A DNA stretch of 63,448 nucleotides, counting the filler, from Sphacelaria rigidula (lineage: Eukaryota): NCBI GenBank assembly GCA_964200075.2. It is 10 parts of 10 records of this genome, joined end to end, with 100 filler letters (N's around TTAATTAATTAA, not from the genome) between each part and the next. Parts side by side here need not be neighbours in the genome. Positions count along the whole stretch, not along the records: positions 31,778 to 38,032 come from CAXNAA020021203.1; positions 38,133 to 44,386 come from CAXNAA020021204.1; positions 44,487 to 50,740 come from CAXNAA020021205.1; positions 50,841 to 57,094 come from CAXNAA020021206.1; 6 more parts are not named here. The stretch is one strand, 5' to 3'. Below, piece after piece: positions 37,791 to 52,143 of the stretch (its first letter is position 1; every line of letters starts with the position of its first letter). A program made the position numbers and the translations under genes. The notes under the pieces were generated by a model. The model was not told where the DNA came from and made no database searches. It saw nothing but the letters and a program-made list of their open reading frames with translations.

Positions 37791-40700
37791 ACTCTTCCCT
37801 TCTCTCCCCACCCCCGGCGCGCGGTGCAACAAATATGAGAACACCCCCCCCCCGCGGTGCGCCGTCTCGAAAGGGATGCGTAGTCAATGGCCAAGCGACC
37901 AAGGCAAGAAACGAATGAGTACGCCGACTCCCCCCTTCCCCCCCCCCCCCCCCCCCCCCGCCGCCCGCGCGCCGGCGGCCCGCCGCCCGCACCCCCCCCC
38001 CCCCGCCGCGACCTGGGCGACCCGCCGCCGCCNNNNNNNNNNNNNNNNNNNNNNNNNNNNNNNNNNNNNNNNNNNNTTAATTAATTAANNNNNNNNNNNN
38101 NNNNNNNNNNNNNNNNNNNNNNNNNNNNNNNNCTCTCATGTGGGCGAAATTGCTGGAAACGAGCCCAATAGTTTGATCGCAGCCGTCTTGTCGCACCGTC
38201 TCACGTGCACTTTTTAGGGGGGGGCTATCTCGGCATGAGTCGATAATCGTTTCAATGATAGGTCTCTGAATTCCTGTGGCTATCCCGGAAATGCTCACGA
38301 TATTCTGAAGACACTGCATTTTGTGGTATATGGTTTGATTGTTGCGTTTGGATTTTTTTGGTTTTTTGGATTTCCCATGACTCCGTCTGAAAGGCTCACG
38401 GAGAATGAGAACAAGAACTATTGTATCGATGCGATTTATTTTCTTTGCTTTGTGCTCGTGTTTGTATGTTATTGATTTTTGTGTTGATCGCCCCTTCCCG
38501 TACCCCGTACCAACGAAGACTCGAATTTCAAATGGAGTTTCAGTTTTCTGTGGTGTGGGAGAGGTGTGGCTCCATGCAAGTTCGTCCCTCTTTGAAAAGG
38601 AACTGCACTTGAACGATCCAGGATGGGCTAATGTGATGGTAAATGACTGCGTGCCTGAATTAAACTAGTTCCTTGGGATCCGCAGATGGGTTCCCAGAAA
38701 CGACCGGCGGGTATGGAAAGATTCTAGTCGAATGTATACTGTATAATGCAGAAATTAGATTGTTTTATTGTTGAAGCGCTGATGTTGGAAAATGATTGTG
38801 CCCGATTAGCCGCGTGTACCTGCTGCTACTACAGCCTTGATTGGCTAAAAGCACGGCGTGTCACGCTGATTTGGTAGTATGCCGGGGTTGTACGCAAGGA
38901 GGTTTTGAGGGCATGCACGAGCAGCGCCCAACATCGCCCACGAATTCACTCGACACACCGACCGCAGTCTGCAGGCATTATTGGATACAAAGAAGAGATT
39001 TTACTCGTCATCTACCCATCGATCCCCTGTCTTCAGTGTCGCGAGTCCACAGCCTTATTGACGTGAGTCTTAGCTGTGCTGTACGATCGCCCTCATCCAC
39101 GTTTGATATTGTATTCTGGCTTTGGGGCTGTGTGGTTTTCCCCTTTGACAGCTGGGCTATTGTATTGAGAGATTGAAACAGCAGTTTGAGTGTAACAAGA
39201 AAGTCCAGGACCGCTTGCTGACACCTCACAAGGGTGTGGCTTGCTCGCGTTCGGCGTATACGGCTTTACTGCTTGCGGTATTGTCTAAACCGCCACATTG
39301 TGGGGCTTCAGAGGTAGCTTGTGACCTCAAGCTGTGCTGTTTTCTCCCTCGGTCGGCTGCTGCTGTGCACGCATCAGCCAACCGCAAACTTACGCCTGTT
39401 TGTTTTTTTTCAAGCTCTTGTAACTTCAGTCCTTGTTTACACTTGATATTTGTGTACATGATTATCGGTGTAACACACGCGGGTAATTAGACAGCTTCTT
39501 GGGCAGCTGTTTTCTCTTTTACTCGGAGTTTTACAGACATCCCGACTCAAGTTAGCTTCAAGGATTCGATGTATCATACAGTACCCACGTTAGTTTCAGG
39601 CAGTGGCGACCGAACCATCGAGGCGCTTCAGGTACGAGCGCACACGCTAGCCCTCTTTTGCTGCACAAGCATATATTCCCCGCAACCTGCAGGTCATATC
39701 GACGGTACAAGCCAACCCACTGTGACGGATGCGCTCTCTCTGGTAACGTTGTACACTGCACAGAGAACGCATAGCGTTTTCATGCACACTCGATCTGAAG
39801 TACCGTGTCCTTCTTCACCCACGGGCGGTTCTCGGAAAATAAAGCCGCTCACACGTTCCTTGTTTAGATACGCCCCTCACGGACCCGTAGCTTTGTCAAC
39901 GCCCCCCCGACCACCTGCCCCCGCAAGCGCCCCTGCTCACAGTCCGCCGATTCCGTATCAACGGAATCAACCGACATGTGTCCCAACACACGCCGATTCA
40001 TGCTTGCAGGTAAGGAGTTCGCGGGCTATTTCAATCGCCGCTCGCTGTACATACGATTTTTCTTGCCCAAACACGGAACGTTGAGCCACCATCCGCACCG
40101 AAGTATATCGATGCGACATGATGGACCAGGATTGAGAATGTTGTCTGTACACGAGCATGATTGAACACGGCGAGGCATGAGGCTCATGTTACTTGTTCAC
40201 TTTCACACGGCACCAAGGTACACTACAGTTTGATTGCCGCCCCACCACCACGCACTACAGTACATACTTGATCGTCCAGAAGGCCGCGTACCTTTCCCGT
40301 TGAAACATTGTTCCGAATTGAGATACTGACAACAGTACAGCACCGTTTGAACTACAAATGGTCCCAGCAAGTAATATCTTGCGGACGGTGAGGTGCCGTG
40401 CTGTAGCATACGTTGGTACTGCTGCACCATCTGAACGAAGTCATCTATTTTGCATTGTAGATATGAACACGACGCGGGTATAGCGTTGTGTCGGGTTTTC
40501 TTCATGTGATGTGAACAAATTGACATCGTACTGCACTGTCGACCACGCCCGCTGCACCACGCGAAGATCATATGTACTGTACTGTGCCACACAGCATTTT
40601 GCTGTCTGGTGCTTTTTACGTTGCTGTCTGCACTGCACTACACATTTGTATTACGGTTGTGCTTGTACATTCATTAACTGTCTACCTGCACAATGATGCG

Positions 40701-41499
40701 TGATCGAAACCCCGACTCGGCTAATTCCAGCGAACTACGCGCTGATATTGCCTCTAAAAATACGGCGACCGACAGTTTTTGTTTTCTTCTCAACCTCAAC
40801 AGGTTCTCAAAACAGAACTGAGCGGTTTGACGTTGGTGTTTGCCGCGTCCCATACGTATACCCCTTCATGGCATGCAGGTTTGTCCAATGCGCTGTTGCG
40901 CTGATAAGAGTCACTGTATGTCTGTTGATTGTGACATCCTTCGTTTTCTTGTCTCTTTGCTGTTACAGTTATACATCAACACACATACCTGCGGTTTGTT
41001 GTGTGCCTTCGACATTTTTTTTTCCTCTCGTCTGCACCTGATTGAAGGTGATAGACCGCTACATGTGCGGAGTGCGCGGACCGCCATATCGATCGAACAC
41101 TGTCGACAGTACCCTGCCATTCTATTCCTTTTATTTTGTTCACTCCGCCTCAGTCCTCAACAACTATGCTGTCCCCCACGACGAAACGTTCACTATTCAA
41201 CCTCCGCATCTGCCGCAAATTGCGCAGGTGTACAACCAATCTCTGATATCAACCGCCCTTCGACTTCATCGGAGCACGATGTCACGAAGAACGGTGCGAT
41301 CCCTACAGACAATGATGAACAACCGTACAAGTCAACCCAAACCATGCGTAGTGAGACGGTTGACAAATACAAACCGGACTGTTTCGACGACGATGATAGC
41401 GTTCTTGCAGGGCACATTTTCAGAGATGTGGCTGAAGATTTCGATGAGGACCGTACTTGTCCTCCCCATGCTCATCCCCCCCTCCCTCAGTGAACATAC

Positions 41500-44386
41500 C
41501 ACTACACACCAAGCAGCCACCCAAAACGCTGACAGTATTCCCACTCTTCCTTCTCAGATGGCATATCTCCACGTGAGCTCTGATGCTACGAAAAGCTTTG
41601 CTGGCGATAACCTCCGCACCCAAACCGATGCTGAATCCTCTGATCGCCTCACTCTGGCTTTTGATACGTCGCCCACGTTGAAACAATACCTGCCGACGAA
41701 TGACGAAACACACGACCGGCTTCGGCAAAAGCGCCCAGCCTTCATTCCACCGCGCCATTGGTACAACTTCTCAGTGGCTGAACAAACAGCGTGCTGGGAT
41801 CAGATCCGCAGTAACGATCGAGCACACCACATGGGACTCGAGCACAGAGAGGTGGAATTTGCCCGCCTACAGGTATCTACAAGGGTCCAGGAGCCCGCTC
41901 AGGCCTCCAATAATGTAGATGTCCACCCCGAAAAATAGCCAACAGAACAGAATGAACTAGAACGCGCGATACGCAAACTTACGAAGGCTCTGGAAATTGC
42001 GGAGCAAGAATATAAGCTGTTGGCAAAACGACACTTGGAAGCTTCGCGTCACTTCGAACTATGTTGGTAAGTCCGGCAATCACAACTGCGTTCGTACGGT
42101 CGCCTGCTCCGCCTCAGAAGCGACAACTGATTCACCGCCTGACCCACCTGACCTGTCACACTTTCAATCACATGCACCGACCCATTCACAAAACGGTAGA
42201 CGTTTCACATGAGTGGACCTAGTGCCGCCGCTGAACCCCGCCAGGGCGGTACCCACACAACACTGATGCTCACCTCACAACGTGACAACCTTTTGGGAAC
42301 GTTCTACAAGTTCCGGAGATTCCAAATAGCAGTGGGGTAACCCAGGACGCGTTGCTTAGCCTAAGCCCCGCCACCTGCCTGTTTATTTTCTACTGCTGTA
42401 CTTCATTTCTCATTGGTTGGTACAATCCCACAATTAGAGATGAACAATGACCGGCGATTCACCGCAGAAGTATCCAACAATTTTATGTCAACAATTTTAT
42501 TTCGCTCGGCCAGGTCACAAATATCACACGCACGAATGAGCGGTGGCCATCGCGGGTTCAACCATGTGGTGTGGGTTCCCTGGATATGCTGACACTGCCT
42601 TGAAGGGTTCCAAGACAGTCGAAGCCCGTGCACCGTTGCATGGCCATAAATTGAGCAGTGACCAAACCCAACGGTTTAGCCCTGGGTTTGATCACCCAGT
42701 TTTACACTCATCAGGTACTAATCATATTCAATCGAATCCCCTCCATTCGAAGGAGAGGAAGTCATGTAGGGCAGTTTCTCACGCATCAGGAGCCGAAATA
42801 TCTTCTGGTACGATAGACGCTGCTGCTCCGATCGTTCATCGGGGAACACTAACCTCAAAGCTACACACTCAAGCACCCCCCAACTGCTCAAGTGCCCGGC
42901 TAACCACCCTACCGAGTGCCGCAAAAACTACGGTACCCGGTTCCCTTTTATTTGATGATCGTAACTATTCCTTGAAGGGTCGCAACCGCAAAGAAACCAT
43001 GCTTTCCGTCGCTCAGTGGGTTGGAATGGAACCCCAACTGACAGCGACTCAGGTGGTGCGCCAAGAGCGTGACCTAGGTTCGACTGTCCGAGAAGTAATT
43101 TCAATAGCTCGTGGAGCCGCCGACCCTTTTGTGCGCTACACGCGTCACCCTAGGCGGGCTTCTCCAGATGATCATGTACATAACCCTGATGTAGCAAGCG
43201 CACGTGAACTCCAAGGAAGAGATTGCGTGTGGGCTCAAACAGATGAAAACTTTCGAGTGGAACAGGCCGGTATTCCCCAGATTTCGAACAGATCATTACT
43301 GCTCCCCGACCACCCCGCGTGCTCTATGTGAGAAACCATTTCCGATGAAACGTTGCCGTCTGTAGGGACAGATACTTCGCAGACTCATGGACGTTCGCAT
43401 CCTAGTCATAAAGGCACCCCAATCGTGTGTTCGTCACCAGGCAAACAAAGTGTTACGCAAGACGACTCGTCTCCTAACTCGCCCACGTTGGCTCCTTCAA
43501 TAGACGCCGGGTTGAACAGTACAGCTTTACCAACCGCGCGTCCTGACGAATCGTATCCGATTCCTCCCATGTTGGCCCCAACTAGTGATGGTATTGAGTT
43601 GATTGGCGTATCAAACTCAACACCGCGCCCCGATGAACCGTCCCCTGTTCCGACCAAGCTGGATAATGTAATTGATCCCGCTTTGCACAATGACGATTCG
43701 CCCCCTCAGTTGGCCAATAAGGGTGAAACACCGCGCACAGATCAGTTGTCGGGTCCAACCACGACAAATGCCCTTCCCCGGCATCGCCCCTCCGTTGCAG
43801 TAGATGAGATTCAACCCTCGACTGATGAGACAAATATTCCAGGCACAAACCCTGACACTCCATGCACGCACCATCCTTCCGATCAAAAGCTTGTCCCACA
43901 GGATCATCAACGGGTGTATTTTAGCACCTTCGTTCAAAACGCAAAGCAGGATGTGTCAGATGTCTTACCCGAATTCGGGCCCGATCTTGTCAGTGGTACT
44001 GCAACTATTATTGATGATGCTGCTTGTACGACCAAGATAGGTTTACATAGTGGAGCGCGTGCAAGCTGTCATTTGATAGCTCTTGCACGACCAGACTCTG
44101 GTTCGCCTCAAACGCTCATCACAGCCAGCTGCTGGCAACAGATGATCAACGCGGGCGCGGCGGACGAGCATTGTCTGTCCACCGTGCGCCCTCGTGTTTT
44201 TGGCGGGTTCGGTTCCTCCACATCTTTTACGGTCAATCAATCGGTGAGACTAAGTGTACAATTCTACCAGAATACTACTCCCACTGCTCGGTTGTCCGTA
44301 TGGGCACTAATAGTGCCCGACGGTTCCATGTCTTTTGATGTTTTGTTGGGTCGAGATAGTTGGCTTCGTTTTTCCACACATACGTA
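41500..44386 (+). mobile_element. Degenerate Ty3/gypsy-like gag-protease region, cut by the contig end
   Basis: Retropepsin-like PDSGSPQTLI...FGGFG...FDVLLGRDSW at ~44085-44370, preceded by broken Pro/Thr/Ser-rich ORFs. The left boundary is approximate. Confidence 0.7.
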
Positions 44387-46949
44387 NNNNNNNNNNNNNN
44401 NNNNNNNNNNNNNNNNNNNNNNNNNNNNNNTTAATTAATTAANNNNNNNNNNNNNNNNNNNNNNNNNNNNNNNNNNNNNNNNNNNNCTTCCCTGCAATGG
44501 AGAAATGGGACTTCAACCTCATTTTATGTTTCAACCCCAAAAATTAGGATCGGCTGTTAAATGGGAACAACAGACACGACCCATGGAAGTTTGAAGTATT
44601 GAAGCCTGAAGCTTGTCGGCCTGTCTGGCGACGAGTCACGCCTAGAGGTGGGCACCTATGAAAACCGAATCCGTTATAACCGGTTCTTGGAAACCCCAGT
44701 AGGCGTTTACCGGTTTCGATTCGAAAAAAACGGTAACCGGTTCACCGGAAAACCGGTTTACCCGGGAAAAGGAGGCGTTTTCACGGCGGTTTGGCAGCGA
44801 AAGCATGACATATCGCACGTCACACGTTACTCGTCACCCTTCTCCTAACGTGCGACCTACCCCTAACCCTAACCCTAATGGATACAGTCGACCCATTTTC
44901 AGAGATAATCCCCTTAAAGTGGCTGGTTCTTTCATAGATGAGCACCCCCAGGGTGATTAGTGCCCATCCAAATTTCACCGCCCATTACCGTGATGGGTAG
45001 ATACCATGATAATCATTCACAACCTCAAAACTCCACGCCGAAGTGAGCCTTGGTTTTTGTTTTATTCGTCAATTACGTATTTACTCTTTTTCATACGTAT
45101 TTAACTGTCCTTCCTTCTTCTCTTCAATCTATTTGTTCTAAAATTATTTTCTTTCTTCCTAGTCTGTTTTCCTTACTTCAGTTATTATTGTGTTTGTTCA
45201 TTTGTATTTTCATCCATTCATTTTGGATATATTATCTTTCATTTCTCTATCACGATTTTTTTTTATTTGATTTTCCGTTTTCTACCTCATTTCAATTGTG
45301 TTTCCACACGTGTGTATCAGGAGGGGTACGCGGATCGTGTGCTTCCCCCACACACATCGGGGGGAGGGGGGGGGGGTACCCTACCCCAACGGCGCCTCAT
45401 TGTGTGCAGGATACAGTATAGGATCACTTTTAAAGGAGTTGTATGACGCTTGGAAGGTAGGAGGGGGGGGGGCTAGTACCCTACCCCTCCTACCTCCTGA
45501 GAGGTCCAAAATATTATATAATGAGTACTTAGGTGTGCAGGATTTGTTTTTGGTGCACCCCTGGTGCGATTTATCTCATATAACCAGCCTTCATACCTGG
45601 AGTTAAGTCCTGAGCAGCCTTTGGGACAGTCATCAAAAAGCGATACACCGAACACTGATCCCAAATCATCGAAGAGGAAAAAGTCTGGCCTGGCCGTTGG
45701 TGTTTCTTCTCGATAAAAATTGATGCGATGTCTTGTCGCCTACCGCTCTTGTACGGTTATTACTTCATGATTCATTCTTCTGTAAGGTAAAATTGCCCAG
45801 AGAGGAGGCGCTATCGCGTGGTCATGTGTGTGGTTTGTAATGAGGTTACGGTGCTGTTATGGCAAGCACAGGTCCGCTAGACAAGGCAAGGGCCCAGTCC
45901 GTAGACTGAACAGCCAGGTAGGACAACAGAAACCGACTCACACAAGACGAGTTCGGCAAATGGCAAATGCCTCAGAATGATCTCACACGCGGGTTGTATC
46001 TTTTTCTTTATTATCTGGTCTCTACCTTCCAGGATCCAATAAATCAATCCAACCTCACGCTCAGTCAATCAGTCTCACCGATGTCAGACTTGTTTGCTGG
46101 AAGAGGGTAGAACAGGGTAGTGAGACGGTGGGCGCTATATCTTCTCATTGTGCAGATCTAGCCGTCACCATCTTAACCATATACAAGCTCATATTCGTAT
46201 CCGACCAACTCTGAACAGACCTGCATGCTTGAATACATCCGAAATACCGATAGCCAGACTCGACAACGGGTCTGAAGCGGCATGACAACAGGTTAATATG
46301 CATCTTCATGACACTAACCCACCCAGACAAACCATTATTACAGCTGCGAGGATTTATCCTCAAAGCATCGACAAGTAAGGTTTTTCTTCACTCGTAGAGT
46401 CATGAGCGGCTAATCGAAGCATACCTAAGGAAACACTCCCGTACCCAACTGGTTCATCCTCAAAGCGTTCTAAGGAAACACTCCCGTACCAAGCTTCCTG
46501 TACCCACCCCCACACCTCAAGTAAAAGAAAGGATAGACTGCTTTGAGGAGCTAAACAAACTGCTCCGAAACGCTGACGCATAAACTGCTTCTGCGAGCTA
46601 GCGATCAACGAAGAAGCACAAATTGCTTCGGCGTCCTACCAAAATTAGGGGGGGGGGGGAACAGGGAGGTACAACAGGGAGCAGGGCTCTAACTTGGGGA
46701 AATCCAAAGGTACAACAGGGAGCAGAGATTCAACCTGGGGGAACCTAAAGGTGCAAAAAACTGCAGGATCAGAAATCCCAAAATCGGTGATCCAACGAGA
46801 TCGCGCACCAGCCGCAAGGGGATACTATAGCTCCAGCAGTCGTCGATGGTGGTCGTCTTCAGTAATCCTTCGATCGTCGTCCGATGGAGATCGCGCTGTT
46901 GTGATGTCGTACAAGAGGGTCCTGGTGGAGAAGGGAGGGCAAACAATGC

Positions 46950-49900
46950 TACAGAAAATGGGGGGGGCGGGCGGGGGGGGGGAACAGTTGCGACGAAGGA
47001 GCATGGTTCAAAGCGAAGCGTGGACGTCGTGGGTGTGGTCGATGTTGCGCTGGAGACCGCGGACAAGGTTTTAGACTCAAGGCGCTGGAGGCACCAGGAT
47101 CCGCGTGGTGCAGATGAGCTGGTGGTGTGTAGTGCTGGCCGAAGCTTGAGCTGTATGGGTCCAGGGTCATCGATGAAACGCACGATGTATTTGTCGGCCG
47201 AAACCAGGTTAGCGGAGTGGGCCTGACCCAACCACCAGAGGTTATCGCTGCCTTTGAACCAAAGGTAGCTGCCCTTGGGCAGTATTCGCTGGTTTGCGGA
47301 GAACTTCGTCTTACAAGTCTTGGTGAGTACAAGTTCGTAACCATCGGTGACGAAGCGTAGTCCCTGATCGCGGTGAAATTCGTGGGCTGCTGCGCCACGA
47401 CGCATGTTGCGATATTTCTTGTTGTGAGCAAGACGCTGATGTTGGGATTGCGTCCAGTACAGGAGGATTACACGGCGGTGCAATTGAAGGTCGGATTCGC
47501 GTTCCCAAGACGCTCTCCCACGACCGTGCCAGTGTGTCTTAGACATGACAGCAATTTTGCCACCTCGACCACGGTTTATCTGGTGGCTGTAGATGGAGGA
47601 CACGGTCAACCGGAGGGGCTGTTCCGTCACATCGTCGGTTGTAACGTGGTAGGGCGGGCAGGTACTTGGGCATGTCGCTTGTATCATGAGGGTTCGTGCA
47701 GGGTTTGCATCTATGCACGGAGACGCGGGGTTTGGTGTCCTTGCCCTGCAAGTCGCGAGGCAAGTCGAGATAGAGCAGTTTGTCACCAACGGGATTATCA
47801 TCCGGATGGTGACAATGGTCCGGCTGTCAGGAGCTTGAATGGTCCCGTCCAATTGAGGGACAACTTTGACTTCAAAATTGTTCCGTTGGCTGCCTTGCTG
47901 GTGCCTTGGCGGATGGTCGACAAACTGTTGTAGATCTAAACCCAATCACCAACTTTTCAGTTAGGGCGTTTGTGCATGAGGTTGGAGAGAGCAGTGTTAT
48001 ATCTCTACAAGCGCGAGGCGTTGATAGCGTGTTGTTCGCGCACGAGGGTGAACGCTTTGCGTTGTCGTGCATGCGCTAGCTCGTGGTAGGATATCTGATC
48101 CTGATCCAATCCTTGGTGGCCGTCGAACGTGTGGCGCTCAAACACGGTGATGGGCAGCCGAGGGTAACGTCCAATATGGAGTTCGTTCGGAGAGAGGCCT
48201 GTGGCGGCGTTAACCGAGTTGTTGTAGGACAACATGATGTGCGAGAGGTGTAGGTCCCAGTCATTTTTGGCGGTCATTGACAACCATAGAGGGCATCTGG
48301 GCCATGGCGTGATTAACTCTTTCGGTACCACCGTTACCGTTCGGGTAGTAGGCGCTCGTGGCAATGTTGCGGATGCCCAGGAGCTTGTAAAGCTCATCAG
48401 AGAGATCTGAGCAAAATGGCTGACCATTGTCTGGAAGGAGTCGCTTTGGGCAACCGTAGTGCTTAATGTAGTCGTGGACTAATATGTCGGCCGTTCCGGC
48501 GGCAGTGAAATCTGCGGCGGTTACCGCGTACATGGACGCGTGGCGGCTGAAGCAGTCAGTGAAGAGTAAGATGTAGGTGTTGCCGCGACCTGTGGTCGGT
48601 AGAGGGACAAAGTAGTCAAAGGACAAAAGGTGGCCTGGCTCGTTGGGCAGTCCCATAGAGATGACGGGCCAGCGTACTGTCTGTCGTGAAGTCTTTCGAG
48701 CTTGGCACTTGAAGCATCGCCGAATCCAGAAGGAGGTGGAAATTTCCATGCCAACCCACCAGTAGAAGCGTTCCAAGAGCGCTACGGTGCGGATGACGCC
48801 AAGGTGAGATGACAAGTCTGTGTGGCAGCCTTTCATGACCCAGGGGCGCATTAAGTGTTGGACATATATGCGCGTTGGTTCATCATCGAGTAGTCGTGCG
48901 TGGCGTCCCGTGGTTGAGTTGGAAATTGCGCCAGTCAAAGGCGTGGGCCGACGCACGAGTAGTTGCACACCTTCCTCCGTAGTAAAAAGGGTGCCTTTAT
49001 GCACGAGCTCGTATACGTCAGAAATTACTGGTGGTGGCAGTGTGCCAACCGGGGCCAGAAGTGTGGATGGAAAAGGGATTGAACAGTCGAGTTGTAAGTA
49101 CTGGATGGCTGCACGACATAGCGGTTCTGCATTTTGTTTGGAAGCCCAATCGCGGTGAGAGTAGCTCGCGAGAAACTCGCGTAGTTGACCTTCCGCCGGC
49201 GAGCCGATCGAACATGGTGGGGCAGGTGGCGGATGAATAGGCGACGGGGCAGAAATGCCGACGTCAATATATGTCCCGGGAGCAGGAGCTAATTCGCCAT
49301 TTCCGTGCTCGGGAGTGGTAGATGTTTGCGGCGCCGGTGTGGGTGGCGGGGCTGTATTAGTGCGCAGCGGAAATTGTCCGTGGCGCGTTGTGCACGTTGC
49401 AGGAGTTTTCGCGGAGCGTTGTGTGTTGGTCCGTGGAACTTGTGCTGCGTGGCTCGTGGAATATGCAGGTGTTATCGGTGGCGGCGGGGCAGTTGGGGTG
49501 GTGCGGGCGGCAGACCGGGAGAGCGTGTTGTCGGAGATTGGGTGGGTGACTGGAGTTGTCTTCGCGAAGAGCTTCGCGCGAGTACCGAAAGTGCGGAAAT
49601 CGACCAAATCGGAGGTAGTGGGCTTTTAACCTACCCAAGACGGCGTCATATGGTATAGGGCGAGGTCCTCGCATAAGCACACCGGTTTCCGGGCACTGTA
49701 GGTCGAGGGCGTAAAAGGGTGTTGAAAAACGTCTCATCGCGTAAATTCCAGGTTCATCGGGTTCCGTTAGACGGCAAGCCGGGCTGGAATCTGCGGCCGT
49801 GGGCGGCAGGGGTAGGCAAGAAAGAAGATCAGCGTTCCCGTTGGTTTTGCCCGGACGGTGCTTAATGGTATACTGATAAGCTGTTAGAGACTCCAACTAT

Positions 49901-50740
49901 CGTTGTACACGCGGGTTGTGTTCGCCAACCTTGGCGAGTTGTACGAGTCCTCCGTGATCCGCATAGATCTCAAAGGGCACGTGAAACAGATATTGTCGAA
50001 GGCGCTTAATGGCCCAAGTGATTACTCCGCCTCCCAGTTCTAGCGGGCTCCAATTGACCTCGTTGAGCAGGGTACCGCGGCTGATACAGAGGATGGGTCG
50101 GACGGAGCCACCAACCTGAGGTTGATTCAAAACTCCTCCAGATCCGTTCGTGCTGGCGTCAGTGTAGAGTTGGAAAAGGCGGGAGCCATCTTGTGCTTTT
50201 CGGTAAGCGTCTTGAGTAATTCGCGGGTGATATTCTCCATTTCGGTTGTGAAGGATAACACAGCAGCTCCTTTCTTGAGTAACTCAGTAGGGGGCGGATC
50301 CGTTCAGATAAATTCGGCAAACGTTTGCGTTAGTGGGATAGTCCGTCCAACAAGGAGCGAAGATGAGAAATGTTAGTTGGCATCGGCAAGTCAGTCATCG
50401 CCTTGACTTTGTTTGTATCCGGGTGCAGTCCTGCTGGCGAAATGGAATGCCCCAAGATATCCAAGTCAGCCGCACCAAGGCGAGCTTTGGATGGAGACAG
50501 TTTCAAATCGTGCGTGCGTAGGCGAGAGGGAAATTTTCGTAGAGTGCGGATATGCGCAGTAGGTGAGGCATCGAAAGCGATAGCGTCATCCAGATACATG
50601 ATGATGTGCTCGAGGCCCTCGGTGACGCGTTGCATTAAGCGTTGAAAGCATCCCGGGGCAGTGGCGGCGCCTTGTGGCATTCGAAGCCACTCATAGAGTC
50701 CGGACGAGGTACAAAAAGCCGTCAGTGGGACTGTGTCAGG
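46950..50740 (-). mobile_element. Degenerate Ty3/gypsy pol: RT - RNase H - integrase - chromo-like/Tudor-like tail
   Basis: RT: TAFCTSSGLYEWLRMPQG...MYLDD. RNase H: LYTDAS...NWSPLEL...YADH. Integrase: HHCC (CHTDLSSHLG...CFKC) and DDE core (SFDYF, PDNG, NGGTERVN). The domain order is gypsy-type; several stops and frameshifts. Confidence 0.95.
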
Positions 50741-51261
50741 NNNNNNNNNNNNNNNNNNNNNNNNNNNNNNNNNNNNNNNNNNNNTTAATTAATTAANNNN
50801 NNNNNNNNNNNNNNNNNNNNNNNNNNNNNNNNNNNNNNNNGTTGCTTTATTTTTTGGTATCGCCACTTCCCGAGACAGCCACAGCTTATACACTGCCTCA
50901 TGGGTGTCTCACCATAGAGGGGGGGGGGCACAGTTGGCCGTTTGATGAAGGCTTTGACGGCTGTAAAAAAGTGTACAGGCTGAGCGCCAGTTTGCCACAG
51001 ACGTATCTGATGTCTACAGCTTCAGTCTGTTTATGCGTGCTCATCCACACCATCTTACTCGTGTCGACACAAATACAACAAACAATTTAACAGAGATGAT
51101 TGTGTCTTTTGTACCATTGCCACCAGAGTGGCACCATCTTTCTTCCCCCAGTTTAGGCAAAACCCCACAGGATCGTGACGAACCGCCCTGACAGCGGCTG
51201 CCGCGGCGGCTGTGAAGGATATTTACAAGCTACCCAAGTGCCATGAGTTCAACCAACCTTC

Positions 51262-51596
51262 CAATGTTGCGTTCTGTAGGGTACGGTTTTTTCGGTAGGG
51301 TATGAGATTTCGTACACAACGTACAGAATCGTCGGGTATGGTATTGAGGTTGTACGGAAACTCTTGGCCGCAACCGGGCATTTCTACAACGGTATACCCG
51401 TACCCCCAGAAGGGTGAACATTTCGTATAGATCGTACAGAGCTTAGGGTACCAGTATCGGGGGCCTATATAACTCACAGAACCGTCGGGACGGGTATGGA
51501 AGGCTTATAAAACTCACAGAACATGTCGGGTACGCGTAATGCTCGGGTGAGTACCCCGGGTATACAAAAACTCGTACCCTACAGAACACAACCTGG
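51262..51596. mobile_element. hAT-like MITE, 8-bp TSD
   Basis: TIR CAATGTTGCGTTCTGTAGGGTACG / CGTACCCTACAGAACACAACCTGG. Flanks are CAACCTTC (51254-51261) and CAAACTTC (51597-51604). Many internal GGGTA(T/C) motifs. Confidence 0.75.
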
Positions 51597-52143
51597 CAAA
51601 CTTCTTAGCAAAAATGACTATGTTTCATGCACACGTCTGTAGAACAGATTCCATAGAAAGTTGGTGTACGATGGAAACGGAGATCTACACAGTGAAAATA
51701 ACAAAGTAACGCATTGCAGTCGTTCTTCAGCCGAAATCACACTCTCTCCACGATATTTCAAACTATCTACGGTAAGATTCGTTCTATCCTATCTGGGCTG
51801 AACGTCAATCATCTATGCCTTACGCCTCTTCCATTTGTCGTACGCATATCGTGTGGGACAGGTCGCCTGGAATCAGCATTTTTCCTGACCCGCGCCATCA
51901 TCAAAGTTTGGCATGTCTTCTTCCAGGAATGAGGTGTTGGTGCCGATGGACTATGACATTGTCCCCTACAATGAAGTTTTTTCATTTTTTTTGTGGGTTA
52001 TGACAGGTCAGTAGATAATACAGAAGGGTGCGTACATTCGATGTCACACAAACGGATGACGTAAAAAAAAAACGTCTATAGCAAACAGGTACCGGTGCAC
52101 CTACAGAGAGCACGCAAAAATAAATATAGAAACCAGCAGCCAC

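Noticed and set aside
45855..46340. Possible 3' LTR of the gypsy element
   Set aside because: Could not identify a clear PPT-LTR junction or a partner LTR.
43353..50740. Joining the contig-7 protease and contig-8 pol into one retrotransposon
   Set aside because: They lie on different contigs, on opposite strands, and are separated by an artificial spacer.
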